Shown piece by piece: positions 23,771-35,289 of a stretch of 64,000 nucleotides of DNA. The position numbers and the translations under genes are program-made. The stretch's first letter is position 1. Each line of letters begins with the position of its first letter. Location: assembly GCF_006345805.1 (NCBI RefSeq), contig NC_043009.1, forward strand, positions 7,998,001 through 8,062,000, in the 5' to 3' direction. The DNA comes from Octopus sinensis. Taxonomy: Eukaryota. Under the pieces are notes generated by a model that saw nothing but the letters and a program-made list of their open reading frames with translations, was not told the origin of the DNA and ran no database searches.

Positions 23771-26139
23771 ACTCTGCCAAGTAGTAAATTAAATAATATA
23801 TATTCATACAGAAAATAATATAATTCAGAATACATGAAAGATATGTAATGTAGATAACCTTAGATTTATATATTGGAAAATCTGGTGATTGAGTTGCTCT
23901 GAAAATAACTTATTGTTCTCTAAACAAAAAAATTCACTTCTAAGATGTTGGTTAATCTGAGGTGACAGTCAGTAAAGGACATTTTCCCAAGGTATCTTCA
24001 AATAGGATTGAACTAAGAACAATGTGGTTGTGAAACTTCTTAGACAGCTTTTTCTGTGCTTATATGTTTATCATTATGTATTATAATAAGGTTAAAAATA
24101 ACCATTCCTCCACCTTCTTAAGTATATTCAGCCAAATTCCTTTCTGTTCATCTTCAATGTATATTGCAAGGGCTTCAAAAGTATGAAATTCTAACATCAG
24201 TGGTCATATCAACATGTGTTCCATAACTGACGGAATTGTGTCTCAATCACATATGATGTTATTGAAAGAGCTGTGTCCCCATTTGCTGGAGTTACCTTGC
24301 TGTAAAGCATAAAGTCCCAAAGTCCAGTCTATATGATGTTGGTACATTTGGGTGCAAGCTGGATTTGAACCTAAAACATTAAGGGACATAAGCAAATCTT
24401 TGTCTCTGTCATTCTATCAATCTTAAGCAGCTCCCCATACTACTGCAACTGCTTCACACCACCATCATATTATTCTTATAATATCAATGATATTGATTTC
24501 TAACAATGGTACAAGGCCACCAATTTTAAGGTGGAGGTGGGTTTATAGTTCAGCAGTACTCAGACTGATAGTGGTAAGAAACTTTCAAGAGAACCTAACA
24601 GCAGAAAGTCTTCAGAGAAGAAACCCCCCACCTCAGGCAAGTGTTTTGGCTCTTAACTTCTTAAACTCTAAGGGGGCTGCACTGCATCCAGTTCATGACT
24701 CCTGGGTGCCCTTCTAACAATTTTTAGCCACTTGGATATTGAAGACTTGTGCATTTAAACTGTCTTGAGATTTGATCCAGTTGCAACAAATGGCATTCCC
24801 TCCAAAATATCAAAGTAACTTCTTGCCCCTCTCCTAACATTTATTAATAAGATGATGAAATAGAATATACGAGTCCAATTTGTCCACTTTCTTTTCAACC
24901 CTCACTGTCCTAGCCCACGTCTATGATCATAACCATGGTATAGTTGTATGGCTTGGTTAGCAGGGAGCTGCAGATTTGTTTAGGCTGTGTATTGTTTCCC
25001 ACATAAAACCAACCGTAATTTTCAGTTTTAATGAATCATATTATTTCCATATTACCATTATAAAGGTTTCTTGCTGAAGGCTATTATGCTGAATACCAGC
25101 AGCTAATGTGTGATAGGAGACGATGTTGTATTCATGCTTGGCAAGAGGAGGAAATGTTACATGCATGCTTTGTGAGGTGGTCTGAGTTCAAGATCAACTT
25201 TACCTTTCATCCTCTGAGGGTCAGTAAAATAAAGTATCAGTGAAGCACTGGGGTCAGTGTAATCGAATTACCTCTTCCCACACACCATATTGCTGGCCTT
25301 GTGCCTAAACCAGAAAGAATTATTATTATTATCATCATCATCATTATTATTAAGAATTACCAAACTGGCAGAATTGTTATGATGCCGGGCAAAATGCATA
25401 GAAACATTTTGTCCATCTTCACATTCTGTGTTCAGATTCTGTTGAGGTTGACTTTTCCTTTCATCCTTTCGGGGTTGATAAAATAAATACCAGTTGAACA
25501 CTAAGGGTTGATGTAATTGACTTATACCCTCTCCTAAAATTGCTGGCCTTGTGTCAAAATTTGAAACCCTTTTTTATTAAAGTGATGAGATAGATGAATC
25601 ATTACCACAGTGGGCCAAGTGCTTAGTGGCATTTCTTTCAGCTTTATCTTCTGAGATCAAACTCTACTGATGTCAACTTAGTGCTTCATCCCTTCAGGTC
25701 AATTTATAAGTACCAATCAAGAACTGGAGTCAATATAATTGATTAGTCTTCTCTTTCAGGCAAAATGCTTAGCAGCAATTCTTCTGGCTTTGCATTTTGA
25801 GTTCAAATGCCATCAGTGTTAACTTTGCCTTTAATCCTTTCGGAGTCAATGAAATAAGTACCAGTTGAGCACTAGAGTTCTTGTAATTGAGTAGCTCCAT
25901 CCCCACTAAATTGCTGGCCTTGTGCCAAAATTTGAAACTATTATTATTAAGGTGGTGAGCTGGCAGAATCATTACTGCAGCAGAAAAATGCTTTGCAACA
26001 TTTCTCACAGCTTTATGTTCTGAGTTCAAATTCTACCAAGGTTGACTTTGCCAGTTCTATATTTAAGAGATGACAAATTATATACATTATTTATATTGTT
26101 TACATTTGACGGATATTTGTCCTCATCTTCTTTATTGAT

Positions 26140-26185
26140 AACACAACATTTCGGCTGATATACCCTCCAGCCTTCATCAGGTGTC
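26140..26185 (-). ncRNA. Type I minimal hammerhead ribozyme motif
   Basis: Minus strand GACAC-CTGATGA-A-GGCTG(GAGGGTATAT)CAGCC-GAAA-TG-TT-GTGTT: canonical CUGAUGA/GAAA core, 5-bp stem II, stem I GACAC/GTGTT and a loopless stem III. Confidence 0.75.
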
Positions 26186-26425
26186 TTGCAGAAATTTCAA
26201 ACCTGGGTTCTCATTTCTAAGGTGTTTTTCGATGTTATTATTATTATTATTATTATTATTCAGGTCACTGCCTGGAAATAAAATCGGAATCTTTGGGTTA
26301 ATAGCCTGCGCTCTTATGCCATGGGCATTCCAGGCAGTGACCTGAATGATGATGATAATAATAATGATAACAACAACATCAAAAAACACCTTAGGAATGA
26401 GAACCCAGGTTTGAAATTTCCCCAA

Positions 26426-26468
26426 GACACCTGATGAAGGCTGGAAGGTATATCAGCCGAAACGTGTT
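26426..26468 (+). ncRNA. Second hammerhead copy, 3-nt deletion at the cleavage site
   Basis: GACAC-CTGATGA-A-GGCTG(GAAGGTATAT)CAGCC-GAAACGTGTT; lacks TTG relative to the opposite arm. Confidence 0.65.
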
Positions 26469-26631
26469 AACAACAAACAAGATGAGGACAAATATCCGTC
26501 AAATGTAAATAATGTTGACTTTGCCTTTCATCCTTTCAGGGTCGATAACTTATGTACCAGTTGAGCACTGGGATTGACACAATCAACTAATCCTCTCCCC
26601 CGATATTTCAGGCCTTGTGCCTATAGTATAA

Positions 26632-26952
26632 AGTTTGTTTGTCTGTGGACAAGATATCTCAAGAACCACTGGATGGATTTGGATGAAACTTTCAGGGATG
26701 TTTAGCCTCATGACTGGCATGAACTGATTAGATTTTGGGATCGATCCAGTTCCGGACAAGGATTCTGGATTATTTTTCCTGCTTTTTTTACTTAACTTTT
26801 GAGAGCGGTCAGGTTCATTTTTAGTATTCTTGCTTTTGAGAGCAGTCGAGTTCATTTCAGATATTCTCATTTTAAAAATCATCTTTGGTTAATCGTTGAG
26901 AGGACTCTGGTGTTGCCTTGGCGGAGGTTTGCACTCTTTGAGTGCTCTTGTT
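26632..26952 (+). mobile_element. 5'-truncated Helentron/HINE-like non-autonomous element
   Basis: 3' end has subterminal CCTTGGCGGAGG (26916-26927), hairpin GCACTC-TTT-GAGTGC (26931-26945) and TCTTGTT. Body has ATCTCAAGAACCACTGGATGGATTTGGATGAAACTTT, typical of these elements. Family call is from recall. Confidence 0.7.
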
Positions 26953-27349
26953 ATTATTACTATTATTATTATGGTGGTAGTGGTGAGCTGACAGTCGTTA
27001 GCATGCTGAATGAAATACTTTGTGGTATTTTGCCCATCGCTACATTCTGAGTTCAAATTCTGCCAAGGTCGACTTTGCCTTTCTTCCTTTTGGGGTCAGT
27101 AAATTAAGTACCAGTGAGACACTGGGGTAGATGTAATCGATTAGTCCCCTCCCCCAAATTTCAGGCCTTGTGCCTTTAGTAGAAAGGATTATTATTTTAT
27201 CACCACCATCATCATTCCAACTATTTTTGTGATCATAGTATTGCTTCTAATTGCTAAAAAAAATTATCCAATACTATGACCACCACTCTCATCACTATTG
27301 TTATGACAACAGATATTATTATTACCCACTACCATGTCTGCTATAACTA

Positions 27350-27360
27350 TAATTCTATTT

Positions 27361-27424
<64 letters not shown>

Positions 27425-27470
27425 CACCACCACCACCACCACCACTACTACTACTAGTACTACTACAGCT
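27350..27470. repeat. (TAC)n(CAC)n(TAC)n trinucleotide array
   Basis: Directly visible; source of the poly-T and poly-L/P ORFs. Confidence 0.95.
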
Positions 27471-27920
27471 GAGTAGTTTCCCCCTCCATGCTCTTTACCA
27501 AATCCCTAAAACTTCAATTATTTATTGTTTTTAATCTCCTCCCAGTTGTTTTCTCTTAATCCTGACTACTAATTAACAAAAAGAAAAGGAAAAAAAGTTA
27601 TGTCTTAATTGGTTTCTAACCTCTGACCTGAACCCTGTCTAAAATACCTGCTTGAATGTACTTTGATGGAATTAATCTCCATGTAGTTCCTACACACCTC
27701 ATTGGTTATTCTGATTTTTTATTTTTATGTTAATAAAATTAATCTTTCCGCTTATGTGTGATTAGAATTAATTAATTTTTGCTTTTTTTCCCCTCCTTTC
27801 TTCTCTGTAATGAAGCATTGATAAGTGGGAAAGGGTGGGACCACCCTTAATAAATTGTGTAGAGCAAACTAATCATATTACAACTGAAGTACAAGGGTCA
27901 AATGAAAGAATATGTATGTA

Positions 27921-27953
<33 letters not shown>

Positions 27954-28048
27954 GCGTGTGTGTATGCATATGTAAGTGTACATGTCTGTGTATATGCATG
28001 ATTGTGTGTATGTATGTATATATATGTATGATTGTATATGTATGTATG

Positions 28049-28090
<42 letters not shown>

Positions 28091-28751
28091 ATAATTGTAT
28101 ATATATTATGTATGTGTGTGCATGTATGATTGTGCGTGCATGTGTGTATATATATATATGTATATATACACACACAAATGTGTGTGCGCATAGATAAACT
28201 AAGAGATGCACAACTATATCAACATGTCAATGCTAATGCCAAATTTAGTAAAATATTCAATATCTTCCAAGGGCAACAAGCATGCATATATGCATGCATA
28301 CACTCATGCATGTATGTGTACGCACTAGATAGTATATATATGACTTTAGTATTTTCTACACTAAATTCCAAAGTTAAACTCTCACACACAAACACACACA
28401 GTTGCCAGACACTTATAGTAATTTATTTTGTTACTGTTGTTGTTTGTCACCATAATTAATAGTAGTGATTAAAATTTAATAAAATTATTGCCGAGTGAAA
28501 CTTCTCAGTTGATGGCTTAATCCTTTTGATATAAAAATCTGCCCAAGATCACCAATGGTTCCTGGATTAAAACTAAAAACAGAAAAAAATTAACTCGTCT
28601 TTTAAGTTGCTCATATTTAAATTAAAAGTCTCCATCATAGCTTTTATCTAAAAATTTTCTGTAAGTTATACATAACAATATAGGGGAAAGTTAGGCTCTT
28701 TTACTGAATCCCTTCAAAGTATTCATTATTTCTAAAAATTTTACTAAAGCT

Positions 28752-29410
28752 TAGGCATAGCTGTGTGATAAGAAGTTTGCTTCCTAATTATGTGGTTCCC
28801 AGTTCAGTTCCACTGTGTGGCACCTTGTGCAAGTGTCATCTACTCCAACCTTGGGTGACCAAAGCCTTCTGAGTGGATTTGGTAGAAGGAAACTGAAAGA
28901 AGCCCATTGTGTGTGTGTGTGTGTGTGTGTGTCTATATATATATAGATATATATATATATCATCATCATAGTCATCATTTAATGTCTGCTTTCCATGCTG
29001 GGATGGATTGGACGGTTTGACTGAGGGCTGGTGAGCCAGAAGGCAGCACCAGACTCCAATCTGATCTGGCAAAGTTTCTACATCTGGATGCCCTTCCTAA
29101 TGCCAACCACTCTGAGTGTGTAGTGGGTGTTTTTATGTGTCACCGGCATGAGGGCCAGTCAGGCGGTTACATATATATTAATAAATGTGTGTACGTGTGT
29201 CTGTATTTGTTGCCTCCCCACAACTTGACAACTGGTGTTGGTGTGTTTACATCCCCATAACTTAGTGGTTTAGCAAAAGAGATCACTAGAATAAATACCA
29301 AGCTTTACAAAAACATATCAAGTACTTGGGGCTATTTGTTTGACTAAAATTCTTCAAGATGGTGTCCCAGCATGGCCACAGTCTGATGACTCAAACAAGC
29401 AAAAAAAAAT
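28752..29410 (+). mobile_element. SINE family A with an antisense family D element (28962-29168) nested in its microsatellite
   Basis: Head, (TG)n(TA)n, a CATCAT-initiated reverse D copy, then module A. Confidence 0.85.
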
Positions 29411-30039
29411 AGAAAGTAAAGCATAAGCAGAGTATTTCGTCATAAATTTGATTACAAAAGGGTTTAACAATACCTTTCCTGTATTCATTTAAAAGAAAAA
29501 AACCCCAAAAACCCAACAAACCGAAGTTAACATTGCTCAATTGCTCAGTTCTCTTTTATGTAAATAAGTATCATGTCATGGTGCAACTGTGAACATTAGC
29601 TATAAGAGACTTTGTTAGATTAGCATATTGAAAACACAGCAGTGTATATCTTGCCTTGATCCCTTAATGAAGAGATTTTCAGTGATATTCAAAGCAATAA
29701 ACAGGTTATAGAACCTTAATTAGATGACATCGTTTCAGCTCACCTTACTGTCCACAAATAGGAATGAAAACCCCTAGATATTATTGCAATAGACCAATGT
29801 GGTATCAAAGAGAATAATTTGTCTTCTGTGTGATTCATGTTAATTAGACCAGATCTCTAAGCTCTGACACTTAAGGCTCCTTCAGGTCTAAGCCAATATG
29901 TATTTTATAAACACATACATGTCATAAAGAATGTCATCTATATGCACGCATGCACACACACACACACACACGTGTGTGTTATTGTATAATGAGAGTAAAC
30001 TATAAGATAGTTTAGTAACATCTTTTTAATGGTCTGATT

Positions 30040-31410
30040 ATTTCTTCAATGTCTGGTGTGGAATGCTACAGGTACCAAAAGATGGATGAAAATATATCCA
30101 AAGAGGGGGCCCTGTAACAAGGAATGCATAACCAGGGAATGGATTTAAAGAAAAGGGATCTTTAGAAGTCCCTTTATACAATAGATCATTGACTCCCAAT
30201 GTGTATGCCATTCCAGTATTTGTAGCAACTTTTGGGTTAGTTGATTAAATAAGAGATGAAATTCAAGCCATTGGTATTAAAATCTATGAACTATTAACTC
30301 TGATATCTCTATATCAACAATAAGAAAATATCTCTAAAAGGAAAGCTTGTAGAGGCTTAACATTGATTCAGAGAGCCTATGGATGTTGCATTGCATCCTT
30401 TCGACAATATCTACTAATCACAAAGCATCTAAGTGTATCTGTGGATCAAGTATGCATGCATGAGCTAAATAACATCAGGAACTTTGGAAAAACACTCCGT
30501 GGGAAGTATTTCTTGACTGATGACCTGGAGCACACTCCCAGGGTATTTGCACAGCTCTGCTACAAATTATCTGGTGAAAAGCTTTGTGCTTGTCAGCAGC
30601 AGGTCATGCATAGCTATGTCAGAAACCATGTGAAGGACAATGACATGGATAACTAAAGTAATCGATCTTGGGCCAATGACTGTTATATTATCTCTCGTTT
30701 TGAAAGGCATGCCTTTACAATCCAGAGCCAAGAAATAACAACATAATAACTGATCTGCAAAAAAGATCAGAATATAGGTAAAACAACTTCATGTGACAAG
30801 AATACGTGAAATTGATACCAAAGATTTCATCCACATCATAAAAGAGCTGTTCGAAAATTCCCTCTTGATACTAACTGCCATGAGACATGATATCATGGTC
30901 CAAGCAATATCCAGTATATATATTCAATACATAGAAAGATAATCTTGAAGATGAAAATGTAAGAAGTTACATTAATGTTGGGGTATACTCACTCATAATA
31001 TAAAAGAAAATTGGTGGAATGTTCCTGCCAAAACTTCTTGCCAACAATGTAAGCATTAAAATAACAGACATGATGATTTGGGACAAAAAGAAAATTTTAA
31101 CAGTAGTGGGAATAAGTTGCTTAGCAGATATTAACATAATGAAGACAAGTGGAAAAGAAAGTAACTGTCAAAACTAATGAGAAATCTACAACTATTACCC
31201 ATACTTATCGAGGCACTTCATAAAGCCAAAACAAACACAGCTAATTAAGAAATTGTAACAAGCCATTAAAATAACTGAAAATATGTAACTATCTAGAAAT
31301 TTACACATATAAACACATTTATATGTGTACACATTAGTCAAAACATGCAGAGCCATCGAATACTGACATATGTGTGAAGATACATATGTACACCCTTAGA
31401 AAATAAATAA
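30040..31410 (+). pseudogene. Degraded 3' portion of an R4/Dong-like non-LTR retrotransposon (RT thumb, CCHC region, restriction-like endonuclease)
   Basis: Motifs in order across frames: YRYQKMDENIS; VYAIPVFVATFGLVD*IRDEIQAIGIK; RKACRGLTLIQRAY; FERHAFTIQSQEITT; DFIHIIK...MRHDIMVQAI; TDMMIWDKKKILTVVGISCLADINI (PD-(D/E)xK-like); LMRNLQLL. Confidence 0.85.
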
Positions 31411-31603
31411 CTTGTTATTTTTTATCATCTCCTCACAACCATCTGCCTTTTGTTTTATGCATGTAACTATTCACCTATTTGTCTCTTCTTTAATATATTA
31501 CTTTCACCCTTTCTCTCTAATTACCACCTACCTTGTCACATATACTACTAGTAAATCTGCTTCAAAATGTAGTTAATTAGCCACCCACCACATCTATGTA
31601 AAT

Positions 31604-31935
31604 CAGTGGTTCTCAAGCATTTTTTTATCTATGGACCTCTTTGATTATTATTTTACTCTGGTAACCTCTCATAACCTTTCAGTGTTTAAAAACTAATTTT
31701 ATTGAAATTTCTTTCAAAATTCCAATTTTTCTTTTCACACATCAACTTGTGTAAGTTGAACTAAGTAAAATGTTAGAGAAAGAAACTTAGTTGTTCCTTG
31801 TAATAAATACATCCAAAGTAACATTTTTTCATGAACCCTTGATATACTACTGCAATTTACTACTTTGTTTGCATGGAACCCCAAAAATCTTATATGGATC
31901 CCCAGGGTCATGTGAACCCTGATTGAGAACCACAT
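31604..31935. mobile_element. hAT (Charlie-like) MITE
   Basis: CAGTGGTTCTCAA at 31604 and TTGAGAACCAC at 31923-31933. Body is the reverse complement of 37657-38002. Confidence 0.85.
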
Positions 31936-32789
31936 TTATTTAAATTGTTGCCTCTATTGTCTTTCTAATCAAATACCCATTTCATATTTCTCACTAGCTG
32001 ATCACATCACTTGTGTCTCACCAGATGATACATATCACCTGTCTTATCAAATATGGTTAGTCAACCGGCTAGAAAATCATCATCAGATCAAATTTTGATG
32101 AAGCTTCATTGACAATGAACTTCCACTGATCCCTGTCTTCCATTGCAGATGGTAGCAGGTCATGGCTGATGTTAGTCATGTTTCAGCACCTGAATGGACA
32201 TTGCTGTATTAGTTCTTATAATAACACTCCGGGAAAATTCATTCATTTTTACTTCTCCAACCATGTAGTTGAGAAGCTTGCTTTGCAACCACATAGTTAG
32301 AGGTTCAGTCTCACTGCATAGCACTTTGGGTAAGTGTCTTCTTCAATAGTCCCAGGCTGACTGATATCTTGTGAGTGGATTTGGTAGATAGAAACTACGG
32401 AAACACATCATATATATGTGTGTGTGTGTAAGTAAAAGGGCTATGAAAGGTCTCTGTATATTTTTGTTGGTTGTAATTATTCAAACTGGTATGTAATTCC
32501 TGATGAAGAATTTAATTTTTATTTCAAGAAGAGTTTTCAGTTTTTGCCTTTGGAATTAATTTGACTCTGAAACAATTTTTAGAATGTATATTGGTTCTGT
32601 ACCAACCGGGATTATGAATAAAAGATCCTCTACACCTACAATTTTTTCCTTTCCTTATACTTTATATATAGGATCTTGGGATGCTGGGCCTCACTAAGGA
32701 AATGACAAAGAACTGGGGGATGTGGCAATCTGCTGTACTAAAGACATGTCATGCTAAAGAAAATTGCTGTCTTCCACACATACAGGCTT

Positions 32790-33050
32790 GCACCTTTCAG
32801 GTGGTGGTGCCACTTAAAAAGCAGTCACGCTTGTGCTGTGTCAGACCTGCATAAATGCATTCATGCTGGTGGCACTTAAAAAGCACCCAGCACACTCTGC
32901 TAAGTGGTTGGCATTAGGAAGGGCATCCAGCTATAGAGATCATGTCACAACAGACAGTTGGAGTCTGGACAGCTACTTGCTAGCCAGCTCCATGTCAAAC
33001 CATCCAACCTATGCCAGCATGGAGAGCAGACATTAAATGATGATGATGCT
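32790..33050 (+). mobile_element. Family D element
   Basis: GGAAGGGCATCC motif and CCTATGCCAGCATGGAGAGCAGACATTAAATGATGATG end. Confidence 0.8.
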
Positions 33051-33059
33051 ATGTATATA

Positions 33060-33108
<49 letters not shown>

Positions 33109-33197
33109 AGAGTTTACGAAAAACAACAAAAGACGAAGACAGGTGGTGTACAAAACAAACAGATGTTTTAGTATAACGCACAGGAATAGAAAAAAGT

Positions 33198-33233
33198 CTT
33201 TTACGTTTCGAGCCTACGCTCTTCTACTGAAAG
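33198..33233 (-). ncRNA. Degenerate minimal hammerhead-like motif within a ~130-bp repeat fragment
   Basis: Minus strand CTTT-CAGTAGA-A-GAGC(GTAG)GCTC-GAAAC-GT-A-AAAG. Stems I and II and GAAAC are intact, but the core differs from CUGANGA at 2 positions. Confidence 0.5.
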
Positions 33234-34069
33234 GGACACAGAAAAAAACACACATACATATACACTTATGTCTCTTTATTTTTGTGTTTATTCCCACCAC
33301 CACCACTATCACTTGACAACTGGTGTTAGTTTATTTACATCCTCATAACTTAGCAATTTGGTCCAAAGAATCCAATAGAATGAGTGCCAGACTGGAGTTG
33401 ATTTGTTCAACTAAATCCTTCAAAGCAATGCTCCAGCATGGCTGCAGTTCAATGACTGAAACAAGTAAAAGAGCAGAAAAGAAAAAGATGAATGTAGACA
33501 GCACACACACACACAATCACACACAAATAGAAGTGAGTGTGTGAGTGCACAGAGAGTAAATGTATTGTTCTTCAGAGATGCATTGTTGAGTCTTTCAGGT
33601 GTTTGGCCAATGGAACTACCTTTTTATTGATTTATAGTGTAACACCGAGGCTGTGGTAGAAGACACTTGCCCATTGTGCCATGGAATGTGGGTCAGACTT
33701 GGGCTACATGATTGCAAAACTAACTTCTTAACAATCTAGCCATTTCTGTGTCCTGCCTACACGGATACTGAGATACTCTGGTTCACATATATTGAAACAT
33801 AGACTTGCATACACAAATACATCTACATGTGCACAAATACAGGCAGGCAGGCATACACATGATGATAATAGACAAACATGTATACACACATGTATAATGT
33901 ATTTATAATGCATGTATATATTACAGTATCAATATCATAATTAAGTTGTTCAGTTCACCTAGTATTGTGTGTGCATGTGTGTGTTTGTATATACATGCAT
34001 ATAATAGGTGTATATGTTAACAAGTTGTTCAGATCATAATCAAGTTCTTCAGATCTTTCAGTATTATTG

Positions 34070-34122
<53 letters not shown>

Positions 34123-34269
34123 CACATACACACAGCATACATATGAAATATACATAATACCATCACCTACTAGTCTGGCTTACAAGTTGCTGGTTGATTT
34201 AATTAAATGGTCTACATAATTAATAAATCATATGAATGTATGTAACAATTGACTTTCAATAGACTGGGA

Positions 34270-34565
34270 AACTCCTAATGGTGACAATGAGCAATTTACT
34301 GTGAGACTGATCATCAGCATTATTAACACTACAACCACCACCATCAGTATTATTATCATCATTATCTGTATCATTACCATCATTTTCACCACCATTATCG
34401 TCAGCATCATTATCATCATCATCATCATTATTATTAGAATCAATTTCAAGTCAGTATCATCAGCACCATCATTATTTATCATCAGCATCGTTACTAACAC
34501 CATTATCATCATTATCAGTAAATATCATTATTATCACCCTCGTTATCACTATCATCAACTTCATA
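34270..34565. repeat. Degenerate (ATC/ATT)n tract
   Basis: Directly visible; similar tracts at 40340-40520 and 49400-49600. Confidence 0.9.
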
Positions 34566-34652
34566 TCCACTTTTTTTGAGGATATATGTTGGGGCAAGTA
34601 GGTGAGTGGACTATATTGCTTCCTTTCAAAACAACCCAACCCTATATATATA

Positions 34653-34832
34653 TTCTTTTATTTGTTTCACTCTATTGACTGTGGCCATGCTGGAGCATTG
34701 CGTTTAGTCGAACAAATCAACCCCAGGACTTATTCTTTGTAAGCCTACTATTTATTCTATTGGTCTCTTTTGCCAAACTGCTATGTTACAGGGATGTGAA
34801 CACACCAACATCGGTTGTCAAGTGATGGTGGT

Positions 34833-34863
<31 letters not shown>

Positions 34864-35045
34864 GCGCGCGCATGCATACATATGCTGGGCTTATTTCAGT
34901 TTCTGTCTCCCAAATCCACTCACAAGGCTTTGGTCGGCCCAAGGCTATAGAAGACACTTGCCCAAGGTGCTACGCTGTGGAACTGAACCTGGAACCATGT
35001 GGTTGGTAAGCAAGCTACTTACCACACAGCCACTCTTGTGCCTAT
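34653..35045 (-). mobile_element. SINE family A
   Basis: Complete reverse-complement copy. Confidence 0.9.
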
Positions 35046-35289
35046 ATATATAAAACCACTTGCTGTATTGCCTTGCTGATGTGGATGATCACTTTTATCA
35101 AAAGCACAGGGTCAAAAACTTTTAGAAGAACGAGAAAAAGCTGATTTAATCATTTCTTCTTCTTTACTTGAATAATACTTTATTCAATCAATCCTGAAAA
35201 GGAGGAAAACTCAGTTGATCCTTTTGGGAATTATAAAGAGAAAGTAAAGTGAAGTGACTAAATCCAACAAAGTATGTTGTTAGGTGTTC

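Larger units (their letters stand above)
26053..26513. mobile_element. Palindromic non-autonomous element with tRNA-like head and hammerhead motifs, inserted in a SINE B
   Basis: Inverted arms 26095-26277 and 26328-26513. Direct repeat GTTGACTTTGCC at 26041-26052 and 26514-26525, after which the SINE B sequence resumes. Confidence 0.85.
25170..27195 (+). repeat. Head-to-tail array of about six SINE family B copies separated by (ATT)n/(ATC)n, with two nested insertions
   Basis: Recurrent GAGTTCAA...GACTTTGCCTTTCATCC...AAGTACCAG...GGCCTTGTGCC units, all on the plus strand. Confidence 0.8.
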
